A stretch of 64,000 bases of DNA from Sphagnum compactum (Eukaryota): positions 32,168,213 to 32,232,212 of the forward strand of contig OZ234493.1 in NCBI GenBank assembly GCA_965153455.1, in the 5' to 3' direction. A program made the translations under genes and the position numbers. Positions 1 to 12,912 of the stretch are shown in pieces; positions within the stretch are counted from its first letter, which is position 1; each line of letters starts with the position of its first letter. Below the pieces are notes generated by a model, which did no database searches, had not been told where the DNA came from, and saw only the letters and a program-made list of their open reading frames with translations.

Positions 1-2169
1 GTGAAATTTCAAAACTTTCAAGGCTAATAACTTGTTCCAAACATAAGTAATTAGGATGTTTAAAATTTTCATTCTATAGCCCTTGGAAAGAGATTTTCAT
101 CATCAAACCAAGCTCCCCAATTTTACATCATTTGACAACCCAAGTAATGTTCTAAATGACCATGAGTCAAATTTTGATCTTGTCATGATTTTTGAAATGA
201 TCATAACTTTTAACTATAAAATCTCTTTTGTCATTGAAATATTTCAAATGATCCAAAGATAAATTAACTTGAACTAGATTTGACCTTTCAAACTTTACCC
301 CCAAAAATCATTGGATTGCATATGATGTTGTCAATAATTTTTTTTGATTTTCTTATTGTTACTTAGATTTTATTTTTATTTTCTTTTGTTCCTTAGTTTA
401 TCGAAAAACCTTGGTGTCCAAATTTTTTTTTCAATGGATTTAGTAATGTTGATGCATGTTTTGAGTTCATGATTGATTAATTGCACAAAGTAGAATTTTT
501 AAAACCCTTGGGACCCTAAGCCCTTTCTAGACCTATTTCACCTACTTTCAAAGTTTAAGTTAAAAAATTGATCAAATCTACTCATCCATGAAAGGGAATG
601 CAAAACTAACCATTGGATCCAAAGTTTAGACATTCAAATGTCTTTGGTCAAAAAAAATTGTAATAAAATCCATTCAAGAAATGATGAGACAACCAAGTTA
701 CATTGAACTCATATAGGTGCTACCCACAATTAAATCTAAAGCTTCTACATATCATTTATGGGAACACATACATGATGTTAGAAGGCTTTAAATAAAATGA
801 ATCAATCCAACTAATTGTTTGCTTCTAGTTTACTTCTTGTATTATAAGCCAATCCAAGCTCATTAAAATCAGAACCCATACAAATAAGTTCAAGTCTTAA
901 AGTCTACTTCCTTTGATGCCAATTAGGTTTTGTTGAAGATACATCTAAATTTAAATTTACCTTCATCTGATCAATTAACTCCCAAAAGTTTAAAAATAAG
1001 GACAACTTTTGAATTTAGTAGCAATTATGATCAAGGATTTTCAAAATGTCAAACAAACTAGTAAGACAATTGAGAATGAGAAGCAATTTAATAACAAAAA
1101 CTTGATCAAAATGTGTGCATCTTGAACAAATGAGCATTGTCATTTGGTTGAAATAACAATTGATTCTCTTTATGGAACGCTTTACCTTGAGTACCTCTTT
1201 TTCATGTATTCAATAAAGTCAAGGTATTTAACAATATAATTTATATGTCACATTGATGGGATGTAGTTAACTTGGTACTAACAACATTTATTAATTAATT
1301 CAATTTTTTTGTTATTACAAGTTTTTAATTATATAGTAAGGCTTGATCTTCTACATTTTTGTTGCATCTTCAACTAATCTCAAATACAACAATGAATCCA
1401 AATTTAGTTTTTTCGCTTGTCTTAAAGCACCAAAATGAAGAGGAGTACAAATAAGTGCCTCAAGTGTTTAGCAAACTAAAGGCCATTTTTGGGAGTATAT
1501 GATCTAGATACAGTCCAACAAGTATTAATTAGCCTCTCGATGCCAATTATCGTATTACATATACATGCAACAAAAAGATAATCAAATTTTGCCAAGGGTT
1601 AAAGATTGGAAGTTTTGTTAAACACATTAACCCAAACCCCACAAAGTCATGTAAAAATAGGACGATATAATGTAATGGCAAGTTAATTTTAGCATGCAAG
1701 TAAGTGTTAAAATCAATTAATTTTTATCCTATTAATGTCAATTTGGCACTTGTAAGTTAGAGTTTTTTGAGTTTGGTACATGGGGTTTCTTAAATATTTT
1801 GACTTTGGTTTTTTTTAATCTACATCTTGTCCGTTGCTTTTATGTCATTTTAGCAATTCCATGAGATATCTTGATATTATTCAACATTTGAGTTATAACC
1901 CAAAATATGGATTCCTGAAGTGCGTAAAGTGTGAACAATTTGAAAAAGTAAAAAGAAGTATGAAGAAGCAAAAAGTTGATGTGTGTCATGTGAGTTGGTG
2001 ACAATTTTGTTGGTGACATGTGTGTGCCTTGTTCTTGTATGGTTTTGCAAGAGGAGGTGATAAGGAGCTTATTGAGGCCCATAATTGAATACCATACTCC
2101 CTAAATGGATTTGGCGTTAATTAATTGTTTTTTCACTTTTTCATTTTTTCAAAAATAATTTATATAAAT

Positions 2170-2253
2170 TATTAAAATTTTAATTGCAAATGTCGCTTGC
2201 AACTAAATATTAATCACATGGACTAGTCGCAAAATGGCCATTTTTTATTAGTG
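2170..2253. mobile_element. Right terminus of a CACTA-like DNA transposon (left end not identified, possibly outside the window)
   Basis: Ends ...GACTAGTCGCAAAATGGCCATTTTTTATTAGTG (TAGTG at 2249-2253). It has the same TTGCAACTA/GACTAGTCGC subterminal motifs as the CACTA elements at 27428-30529 and 48305-50655. Confidence 0.55.
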
Positions 2254-3313
2254 TATTGTGTTGAAAATAATGTAATTAAACTCTGTGTCAAATCTAAGAT
2301 TTGAACTCAAGTCTATGGGGGAATAGACACACTTGGACTAATGTATATTTGTTATAATTATGTATCTCTTGTTAATAATGTTATCTATGTGAAAATTTTC
2401 GAAAATTCAAAAATTTGAAATCAAACTTAAAAATTGTAAATATATTAATTATTTGGAAAAAAAACTTGCCGAATTTGTTCAACGACTAAAATGGTGATGT
2501 ATAGAGATGCGGCAACTTGTATTGTGAGCTTGTTGCATGACTTGAGAGCGTTTTTGTAAAATGTAATTGGGCAAAACATGGACCAATTTTCACATTGTCA
2601 TTGCCAAATGTGTGAAAATCTCAAATCTTTATACAAATCATCAAAATTTGCACAAAAATTCTGAGAATTCTCTTTCATCTGATTTTTAAATTAATTTTCG
2701 TCCAATCTGAGAAGAAATGAGGGGATTCCTTAAATCCAAGCTTGTAACCTCTGGAAACATCGGAAGCTCTCTAGGGTTCCATAAGCCTGGATGTCATGTT
2801 TAGAACTAGTACTTTCAATGTTAGTGTGCAAACAAAATGCAAATCACAAGGAGCTTTTAATAAGAATTTGGAGTTTACACACATCCTTCTCTGATTTTAC
2901 TCAGGGTGCTCCTCATATTGGCAGGGTCCTGGCACATCACTTGTGCTGTTTGTTCATATAATTAGTTGGTCATCAGAAAGTGGAATGCAACCTTTAGTTT
3001 GTTTTTCAGTTTGTAACTTTCCTGCCATGAAAAATCAGCCTCCTGGTAATTTGATCCAAATCTATCATCTAAACTACAAGGCTTTCAATACTATTGGACA
3101 GCTCAAAACGCTTTGAGTCTATAGGGAGAAATCATCAATTACAAGTTTCATAATCTCCTTACTAGTTTGAGAGTCAAGCTCGCAAGAGAGTTGTCTTTTT
3201 CTTGAAGATCTCTAGCAGTCTGTCAGTCTCTCCCTCCCGCCATCAGCCAGTGCCACCTTACACGAACACACTGAAGAGGAAAAGACAGCATAGCAAATGT
3301 CCGGCATGACATA

Positions 3314-6300
3314 CTAAGCACGCTTGAGGCGTTTCTGAAAGACAGCTTTTGTGCTGATGATGGCAAAGAATGAGAATGCTGTAATGCTAACTCCCAAAAA
3401 CAACACCGCCTCATCAAACCAAGAGCTTTCTTGCAGATAAACTTGTAAGCCAATGGTCAACCAAAAGCTTTCTGTATATACGGGGTCAGCTGCACCCATT
3501 GTGTCTCCTGTCTCCAGTGGGAGTAATTGCCACCCTGATGATTCATAGCCTAATCGTGGCGAGAATGCAGGCACATACCTTAAGAAACCACGTACACAAG
3601 CATTCCCACTGTAAATTTGCATGCAAACAACATTACTGGACAAGGGGAGGCTATCCACAAGTGGCATAATTAAGAACTCTGATTGTATCCAGCCAAAGAC
3701 CTGCCCTTGACAAGGAAGGTTGCAATGTCATACGAAATTTATGTACTGAGAATGATTACCTGGTGGTGGACACAACACATCGCCCTTTGTGATCAGCTGT
3801 AGATGCCACACAAACTTCCTCTGGGTTCTTGCAGGCTTCTGTACATTCTTCATTTTGTGCTGGGAACTTCTTCCATTCCTTCCGATTGAGCTCAGTTCGG
3901 TCAGCTAGGAAGTTCCATACAAAGCGTGAGGTATCCTCAATATACTCTAGATCAGGGATTGCTGAGGGTTCTCCTTGAAACACACCCACATAGTGAGTTG
4001 TGAAGCCTTGAGATGGTGTCATTAGACTCTTCACTAGCTCACATGTCATCCCTGGCTCCTGATGGAAAAGGCACCCAACCATAGCCTCTACCAATGACAC
4101 ATTGACCTACATTCAAGTACCAAGTACAAGAAAGCATCAAATAACATGACAATTGCAAACACATCCTAAAAATGCTGAAATCCTCAACTTCAATTTCATC
4201 CTACATACCCAATGTCTGACTTGAGCCGATGAAAGCATACATTGAAAAAATTGTAAACTCTTCACGAAACTAGCAGAATGCATTACCTACCCAATCACAA
4301 CTGTACAAGCATTCACCCTTACAAAAGAGCTAGAATTGTACCTATGAACAAACTAGATTCTTCCAACTGAAAAGCTACAGAGCATAATGATAATAGTTAA
4401 CCAAATTGCATCACCTGAATTGACTTTAGAATGGTTGTATCAGCTGTATTGTCACTTGCAAGCATATAAAGTGCACGTGCTACTAAGGAAGCTGCTGTGG
4501 CAATCACTTCCACATTTATGTTGCTGGCATCATCATACTGGCTATGGTAGAATTTGTTCTTGAAGATGGTGTCAAATTCCTCCAAGACAACACCTGCATT
4601 GCAGCTCAGAAGAGGAGCATGCCAATCATCTCAATACAGGAACTGAGGAAAAATATATGCTCATAACTATTGAGAACTTCTCACTATTATATTGAACTCA
4701 ACCTGAAACAGCCTCTTTCATTCTCTTGCAACTTCCACCATACTTCCTCAAGCTCCTAATAATGCCCAGGAAAACTTTACAGAAATTTAGAAAACCCAAA
4801 TGCTGCTTAACAATCAAACTTACCATTTCAATACACCAACAAATACAGTTCTCCAGCCAGATTTCTCAAGAAGTTGAGGTCATCAAAGATTTCAACAGGA
4901 AATAAAAGTGGATAGTTATATGACTTCTATCCTACAAAACCTCCACACCTGTATAACATGAACGATACTCTGCTATCTGGCAGACAGAAAGTCAAAGCAA
5001 AGCTAATCAGTGTATTTGAGTGAGGAAAAAGGTTCTTGTTGTACCTGCAGTAGTGGGATCCTTGTGAACAAAAGACATAAGTGATGATGGAGGAATGCCA
5101 GGGTTGGATGGAGAGGCAGGTTTAACTTGCGGTTTGCTTGTAGAATCTTTAAGTGAAACAGCTGCTGCCTTTAAAGCATTGAGAATTTGCAGAGTAGGTG
5201 TTGTGGCTGCACTGGCCTGTTTGTGGACATAGAAAGTGGAATCATCAGCCTGGCCAATAGACCCCACCTCCAGTACTTGGTAAATTGAAGTGGCATTGAG
5301 ACCCATCACAAAATTTGAGTCAGATTTCAGCTGTGCCAGAAACTGACGGCTCCCTAAGTAGCCAAAGGATTCCCCTGTAAGCACAAGAAACACTAGTTGT
5401 TTCTTCAAAGTCTCTAACCCTCCCATCTCCGCAAGGGCATCAACCGCTGCAAGCAATGCTAGCATGCCTGACAGAGGGGAGTCAGCCCCAGGGGCAACAT
5501 CATGAAAAAAGGAAGAAGAGTCCATTGATGCTATAGCCAACACAATAGGCTTCCCTGTGGGAGATGATACATTCATAGCTGGAAGTGCTGACCAGACACT
5601 GTATCCTCCTAGTGGAAGGCAAGAATTCTCCCTCAGGCATGATTCTGTGGTATGTGTCCCTGCTTTTGTTGTGCGCATGACCGCATTAAATTCTGCAACA
5701 TTTAAAGGATATTTGAAACCAACTCTTTCATTCTTCGCTGCCAGAGCTTGCACATCGTCTGTGCTATTCTGCAACATAAACCATGAGAAAACTAAATCAG
5801 GGAACAAGAAAGTCACATTTGGAGCCTTATGGAAACAGTGCCTGTCATAAACATATCAGCATTTTAATGGAATATGGAAGAACTTTGACTGCCAGAACTT
5901 CTTCAACTTATTGCTGAAATCTAACTCATGCCCTATGATAGTGGGTAAGCTGTTGGATTGCCCCATGGGATTCAGGCTGGTGGACTGTGCTACTTAAATC
6001 CAGTGATGTGCAACCTAAAGATAGACATCCCACTCCACCCCCCTTCACTTTGATTCTGAAAATCTTGTGAAGCTGCTGCAGCAGCACTCATTACCCATCT
6101 TGATCAAACCCTAAATTACAAAATCTCTGCATTTCAACATATTCTGCACAAGTATCAACTCTTCACACCCATTGTTGCTTTTGTACTTCAACTGGAAGTA
6201 CTATAAAACCATATCCTACAACACCATTTGAATGCACCACGACAGTCATCGAACTGTTTGTGCACATGTGAGGAGGCACAAGTTGGGCTAGAAATGCATG

Positions 6301-7152
6301 TCGGGTTCATGTAAAACTCCAGGGAATCCTTTGAGATTTTCAGCAGAAGGATACAGCCCTTGTCTTGGACAGCTACGACTTGCAGCATTTGTGAGATGAC
6401 AAATGGCAACTAAAATTTTAGCTGGAAGGCTCCTGTCTTCAGAGGTAAACAGCAGTAGACACCACCGATGGCACATCTTACAATATGATCATGACGTTCT
6501 TACTTGATTAGGCCATAATTTTGCATGCGACAAAAGAAATATAAGCAAGGCTGCATCATAGAGAAACCTTGTGGAGAAGAAACACCGGGAAGTTGAGACG
6601 TCTGTACATAATGCCAGATCCTGTAGGATTCCACTGGTAGCTCTTTGTGTCATATGGTGCAAATTCAACTTGTGGGAAGATTGAGTCTGCAGAAAATCCA
6701 GCAACTTCTGGGGAGCTCAAATTGTCATATTCTATCAGCAGGCCTGCAACCTGCTGCTCCAAGGAAGAAGAAGAACCATCCGCTTCTTCCAGCCTCTTCA
6801 AAAAACCCACCAGAGCAGAAGATGGCAGCAGCACAGTCCTGGGAGCACTCAATTGTACCGAGTTTGCGTCCTGGAACCTTTGAATTGGAGCTATGGCCTT
6901 GGTGCGGCCGGGATTAGCACATCCCAATTCCCCCGTCACATTCAGAAGTCGGACACAAGGGTATCCTTGTAAGCTTTGATACATGGCATTTTCAAGGTCT
7001 GGCACTGATCGCATTGGCGACGACCCCAGCGCCGTGACCGATACCACCACCACGCTGCTGAAAATTGTTACAAACAAGGCTAGAAATGGTACAAGCAGCT
7101 CCGGAGTACTAGTACTCCATCGTGACCATCTCAGCTTGCGACAACACTCCAT
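3314..7152 (-). CDS. NCT: Nicastrin (gamma-secretase subunit), 5 exons: 7152-6568, 5768-5045, 4593-4415, 4106-3760, 3578-3314
   Basis: N-terminal hydrophobic signal, then YPCVRLLNVTGELGCANPG, SCLPLGGYSVW, ASMDSSSFFHDVAPGADSPLSGM, GESFGYLGSRQFL, PGIPPSSLMSF, NKFYHSQYDD, DPVYTESFW and a C-terminal TM helix. All four introns are GT..AG and the exon phases join in frame. The ORF-track start at 7170 is GTG; the first ATG is at 7152. Confidence 0.95.
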
Positions 7153-7469
7153 AGCCAAAACAGTTTCCACTTCTTAGTTTTGCGTGCGTAATCTACCTGC
7201 GATGTCGCAATCATAGAATTGGGAAACCCCTGACTATTTCGAGGTGGAGAGAAAGAGACACACAGAGAGCGCCAGAGTCTGCGATATCCCTAAAATGGCC
7301 CAACTGAATCACACTGCAAATACGGTCCAGAAATTGGAAAGGGACAAAGGAACACACAACAAAAACTCGCACACAAAAGAGGAAGAAGAAATTTGGGGAG
7401 TCCGACAGACCCAATTTGGAGCTGCGACGAAAGTGCATGGGAGTGACCGGGAAGCCGAGACGCGAAGAT

Positions 7470-7980
7470 TAGGAAACCCTAATTGGGGAAGAAGATCCAC
7501 GAAGGGACGAAACCCTAAAGGGGAAGAGACGAAGGGACGAAACCTTGATTGGGGAAGAGACGAAGGGACGAAACCCTAATTGGGGAAGATACTTAGGGAC
7601 AAAGCCCTTATAGGGAAAGAGATGAAGCAATGGAAACCCTAATTGGGGAAAATACCAAGGGCCGAAGCCTTTATAAAGAAAGGGACGAAGGGACGAAACC
7701 CTAATTGGGGAAGATACTTAGGGACAAAGCCCTTATAGGGAAAGAGATGGAGCGATGAAACCCTAATTGGGGAAAAAATACCAAGGGCCAAAGCCTTTAT
7801 AAAGAAAGGGACGAACGGACAAAACCCTAATTGGGGAAGATAGTTAGAGACAAAGCCCTTATAGGGAAAGACCAAAACACTAATTAGGGAAGATATGAAG
7901 AGACAAAACCCTTATAGGGAAAGATACCAAGGGATGAAACCCTAATTAAGGAAGACACTAAGGGACAAAACCGAAGGGAT
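7470..7980. repeat. Tandem array of ~125-bp higher-order units built from ~30-bp subunits, rich in telo-box (AAACCCTAA) motifs
   Basis: TGGGGAAGATA(C/G)TTAG recurs at 7581, 7706 and 7832. AAACCCTAA occurs about 8 times between 7474 and 7945. Confidence 0.85.
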
Positions 7981-8155
7981 GAACAAAATTCATGTTCATC
8001 TTTTGGCCAGAGTGAACCAGCACCCACCAGTGCACTTATCATGAAGGATGGATGGATGGTAAGTGATGAGGAAACAATTTTCTATTGGGTTTTGAGCTCC
8101 CTAGTAGCTAACCATGATGGTTAGTTCAATTTTTTTATTTTTTTTCTCTTACTAC

Positions 8156-9229
8156 ATTACATTACATTAGGCCCTTTACCAGTACTAGTGTGAACCCGGT
8201 GCATAATGCACCCGTTGAGCTCCCCCCCGCCCGGTCCTTCCCATTGCCCACTCCGATTCTTTACCTCGTCGACCCCCCCCCTCGTCCTTCGCATTTTTCA
8301 CTCCGATTCTTTACCTCGTCGACCCCCCCCCTCGTCCTTCACATTTTTCACTCCGATTCTTTAAACCGTTGATCCCCCCCCCGTTCCCATGTTATATATA
8401 ATTAACTTCCCGCCCCATGCTGGCCCCCCCTCGCCCCGTTACCAAGCCCTGTCATAGAAAATGCATTGCCCGATTTTGCCATAAAAAATGCAGAGGCCGG
8501 TTCTGTCATAGAATTGTGGCAGAATTGTCGTGTCAGACAGACACACAGACAGACTTACTAAATTAATATATAAGATTGGCAGTGTAGCCAACACTAGATG
8601 GTGCCGCACAAAACACTGCACAACAAAGACCTAAGTTCGCCTGCGTTTGCACGGGCGGTCTGGTTGCACTCGCGTCGACGTTTAAGACTCGAGTTTGAGT
8701 CCCTGCACCATTGGGCGCCAAATTTTTTTGTCCTACGCCTACTCATACCACTCCCCACCATGAATTGGTATGCCAGCAGCCAGAAAGTCCCCTTTCAAAG
8801 TGACTGCAAAACTGTGCCGAGGACGGCTGTGAGGGTAGTGGGCCCCCTTCAAATGTGCTAACTAGCAGCGCAATGTGAGGGTACCTATCCTGCGGTAACC
8901 TGGCAACATGACCTAACCATCTTAACCTGTGCTGCCTAAGCAGCGAGGTCAATGGCTTGGCTTTGCAAACCTCCCAAATGTGAGTGAGGCGGTGTCGATC
9001 CGTGACTTTCACGCCCAAAATCCTTCTGAGGCAGCTGCTGTGTCACTTCCAGTCGTTTCTGCTGTGTTTGTGTCAGGTTCCAAGTTTCACTCCCATACAA
9101 GAAGAAGTGAGGCACAACAAACAAACGTGTCAAACACTTGCATTTTTGTGCTCAACTTCAAGTGCTTGTTGCCCCAAACGCACTCAAACTAGGTGAAGGC
9201 CCCCAGCCTTCGTCCTCGGCGTGCCGCCA
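8156..9229 (-). mobile_element. 5'-truncated, frameshifted RTE-clade LINE fragment (interrupted by a Helitron)
   Basis: Minus-strand peptides FLYGSETWNLTQTQQKRLEV and LRQHRLRWLGHVARLPQDRYP are typical of the RTE ORF2 region after the RT domain. The 3' tail is a (TAATG)n short repeat. An 8-bp TSD CTTACTAC lies at 8148-8155 and 9230-9237. Confidence 0.85.
8185..8575 (-). mobile_element. Non-autonomous Helitron (~391 bp)
   Basis: The minus strand starts 5'-TCTTATATATTAAT followed by a (CTGT)n tract, and ends CACTAG-3'. A GGTGCAT-A-ATGCACC hairpin (8198-8212) lies ~10 nt before the end. It is inserted between A and T with no TSD. Confidence 0.88.
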
Positions 9230-10469
9230 CTTACTACCTACCTACTAATGAATCACTTGTTTAATAGGTAGTAAAAACATCCTTTACTTATGTATAAACT
9301 ATAAACCATCAATTTTACCTAGTAGTTAAAAACCTATTTTCCTATTTATCTACTTACATATAGGACCTATTTTTACAAAAAATGGGTTACCAAGGTGAAA
9401 CCATCTATCTATTAAACTTAGTTGAGGTTTCATCCACAATTGAGTCATATCAGCCATCCAATGGATGGTGCACTAGTGGGTTGTTAGTAGGTAGGTACTA
9501 AAAATAGCCCTTACCTGTGTATGAACCAATCTACTTACCTAATAGTTACCTACTTCTCTACCTATCTACCTACAATGTAGGACCTACATGGTAGGATAGG
9601 ATTTCATCTTGATAGGTTCTCAAATTTTACCCTACATTTTTTGAAAATGTATGTAAATGCAAATAAAGTGTTTTAAATTGGTTTCAAGTAAACAAAATAG
9701 GAGAATTTCAATTAGATTTTTTGGTAACTTCAAGTTGATGATACATTAAAAAAATGGTATTAATTATTTGAAATTTTTTTTCATATTGAAAAACCATATT
9801 CTTGCTGAATCTTTAAATTATGAATTAGATTTTAACACCATTCCATCTTGCTAACTTAAAATTTTTATTTATTTACATATTTTCTTGCATTAATTTTTTA
9901 AAAACTTGATATACAACATTTTAGACACAATTTTATGACTAATTAAATTTTTTAATAAAAAATACTAGAGTCAATTATAATTAAATAATACACATGTTGT
10001 TGTAATCTCCTCCTTTGGCTTGGTTATGTAGGTACAACCCTAAAGCTTAGGGCAAAGATATGGGATAATAATGTGTGACAAAAGCTATTGGGAACATGTT
10101 GAGGAACACAATAGAATCTTGAGGAACCAGTTGGGGAACTCATTGGGAACTTGGTGGGGGGCATGAACTATGGGTGTTATAGCAAAGCTAAACCACAAAA
10201 AAGACCCATCCATCCCCAATTACAAAAAAATACACACAATAAAAAAATGCATTGAAATTTATTATTATTTACTTTCTACAAGTTTTTGGGGTCACCAAAT
10301 ATCACTTTGAAAAATAGATTTTGTAATTCTATTTTAATTTCAGTTTAATTAAATTAAATTAATTAATTAAATAATTAATGTTTCTTTCCTTTCATCTTTT
10401 TTTCTTCTTTGTCATCATCATCTTCACCCCTTGCCTGCCCGTTGACTCCCTATCTCCATCACACAAAGG

Positions 10470-10500
<31 letters not shown>

Positions 10501-11029
10501 ACAAAACAAAAAAGAAAACATCAAAAAAACAACAAACAAACCAAATCCCCAAATCAATTTTTGTTGCTGTTGTTGTTGTAATGGGGGGGTTTTTTTTTGG
10601 TTTGGTTTGGGTTGTTGTTGAAGTGGTGATGGTGGTGACAAATGGAGGAGAAATTCAAAAACAAAAATGGACTAACAACATTCATACACAAATGAGCCCA
10701 AATGACTTCCTATCTATTAATGAAAATTGTAAATGTAATGTTATGTAGGTACTAAGATGATGCATTAGGGCACACACACACTTCTTCACTGTTTGTGTTG
10801 TTGTGTCCTTCCCCTTTCTGTTGTTTGTTGTTTGTTTGTTTGTTTGTTGTTGTTGTTGTTGTTGTTGTTGAGGTTTGTTTCTTCTTCTTCTTCACTACCC
10901 ATCTCTCAACTTTTTCTTCTGTTGTTGTTGTTGGATTTTGGTGTAAGTAGGTTACTGCTTGTCACCTGTTTCTGCATTTTCTTTTGGGTTGGGTGGTGGT
11001 AGTAGTAGTAGTAAAAGTAGTTTTTGTTT

Positions 11030-11065
<36 letters not shown>

Positions 11066-11136
11066 ATTGTGTTGGATGTTGGGGTTGTGGTTTTGGGTGT
11101 GTGTGGTTTTTGGGTAGAGAAGAATTCAGGAGATTT

Positions 11137-11189
<53 letters not shown>
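11137..11189. repeat. (GA)n microsatellite within a microsatellite-dense region (10470-11420) upstream of the TGA gene
   Basis: Pure GA run, with nearby (CAAAA)n, (GTT)n, (GTA)n, (GAT)n and (CTT)n tracts. Confidence 0.95.
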
Positions 11190-11193
<4 letters not shown>

Positions 11194-11743
11194 TGGGTGC
11201 TGCAGGAAAAGGGGATGGATGCTGCTGCTGCTGTTGCTGGTTTTTGTTGGGCTGGAGCTGCTATTTACGCTTCTGCAGCAGGAGACATCCTTCTGGTGGT
11301 GGCTGCTCAAGGGAGATGATGATGATGATGATTCAATCAATCACCACACGAGTTTGAGCTTCACAGATCAACTTTAGAATCAGTGGGCGGGCTTTGTGGA
11401 GTCGCCTTCTTCTTCTTCTTCTTCATCTTATTCTCCTTCTGGTTGTCATGGGAACAACAAGTAGAGAGCTTGATGATCATCTACCAAACCAGTGTTCCAA
11501 ATTTGAGCTAAACAACTGCAAGAAGCGGTGCAGAGTATTACCAGCAGCAGCAAATCCCCAAGGTAAATGGAGCAGCTTCATCCTGCTCCTACTTTGAGAT
11601 TCGTTCTCTTCTCTTCTTCCCCCCTCTTCATTTTTTGTCTCTTCCTTCTGTGCAGCCGAGTACCCAATAGTTTCCAGCTCCGTTGCCCTCCTCCCCTCCC
11701 CCCCACACCCCAAGCGTTCCTTCTTCAAAGTACGATTTCTGAT

Positions 11744-12076
11744 GAAGCTGCCAAGGTACTATGGTATACAACATTGCATACATATGTCCCTTCCATCTCG
11801 AGACGATGCCTTGCTGTGGAGGGTGGAGTATGACTTCTGTCAAAAGCAATTTCAGTAAGGAGTCTGTTGAAGCTGCCAAGGTAGTATGGTATACAGCATT
11901 GTGTACATATGTCCCATCCATCTTGTGATGATGCCTTGCTATGGAGGGTGGAGTATGATTTCTGTCAAAAAAAATTCAGTAAGGAGTCTGTTGAAGCTGC
12001 CAAGGTAATATGGTATATAACATTGCATACATATGTCCCTTCCATCTTATGATGATGCCTTGCTATGGAGGGTGGA
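11744..12076. repeat. 125-bp tandem repeat, ~2.7 copies
   Basis: GAAGCTGCCAAGGTA starts at 11744, 11869 and 11994, and the copies align with few substitutions. Confidence 0.9.
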
Positions 12077-12912
12077 TGATACAGCACACTAACAATAGCT
12101 CTGGCTGATGCTGCTGAAACCACCACCACCACCACCACCAACCCCATCTTCTGTGTTTCTTCTGAGATGGGTCAAGCATTTTGAGGCTTGCTAAACAGCC
12201 AAAGTCTGCTGCTAGGGCTGTGCTGTGGTAGATTTGCATTCCCATAGTAGTAAGATTCCTATGTGCACCAGTGGCTATCACCAGCAGATCCTGCCTCGGG
12301 TTTTCTCAGTCCGTAGAATTTGCTTTTGGTCTTAAGTCCTTTTGTAGGTTAGTTACTCTTTGCACTACTGCCAGACTCTTTCTGGTCTTTGGGTGAGTGC
12401 AATTGGTGATTCTGGTTACTCTTACAGGTGCAGTCTGCGACTGTGCAGCTGTTTTGTGGGAGTCTTGAACACATTCTAAGCTACTCTTTATTCCCCTCCT
12501 CTCCAATCCTTGCAGCTGATTGGGGCCACTTGATTCTCCTCTTCTGTGGATTCTGTGTTCCAGTCTCAACAATCTCCCCATGTCTACATTCACTATAGGT
12601 TTTGTTTTCACAGCAAGATGAGGCAACAACATACATTGTTGCCTCAGTGTTTTTTTACACCTGCTGGTAAGCAGCTGGAGTGTGACCCAGACAATCCCCC
12701 CTTCTCCCCAACGGTGGTAACTCAACCCAACTGGGGTTTTTTTTTCCTTGTATGTGTGACAGCAGCAACAACAGCAATATAACATTCCAAAGCAAGTGAC
12801 AACACAGTTAGGAGTGCAAGCACACTTTCTCCATTGCTTTTACAGCATTGAACCAATTGGGTTCACTGCGATCCCAACTCAAAAACTGTTTGAACACCAG
12901 GCAGATTCTTGG

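Larger units (their letters stand above)
8007..9490. mobile_element. Probable non-autonomous DNA element with imperfect inverted ends; host of the RTE LINE
   Basis: The left end CCAGCACCCACCAGTGCAC..GGATGG (8017-8055) is roughly the reverse complement of CCATCCAATGGATGGTGCACTAGTGGGTTG (9455-9485). Related ends occur at 20350-20390 and 63123-63160. The interior is ACCTAC-rich. No TSD was established. Confidence 0.45.

Noticed and set aside
1..2100. Possible decayed transposase-like sequence
   Set aside because: AT-rich with no sustained frame or motif I can identify, so only the CACTA-like terminus at 2253 was reported.
7470..7980. Interstitial telomere
   Set aside because: AAACCCT occurs as single motifs inside a longer unit, not as tandem (TTTAGGG)n.
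10378..11377. ORF-track ORFs with poly-L/V/Q/N and ER repeats
   Set aside because: These are translations of microsatellites with no domain content.
11743..11756. TGAAGCTGCCA matches the 5' half of miR167
   Set aside because: Only 11 nt match, the rest diverges, no precursor hairpin pairs this segment, and it is part of a tandem repeat.
12306..12785. 159-aa minus-strand ORF antisense to the TGA leader
   Set aside because: No recognisable motifs, a poly-Cys start from a CAG/CAA repeat and a non-ATG start.
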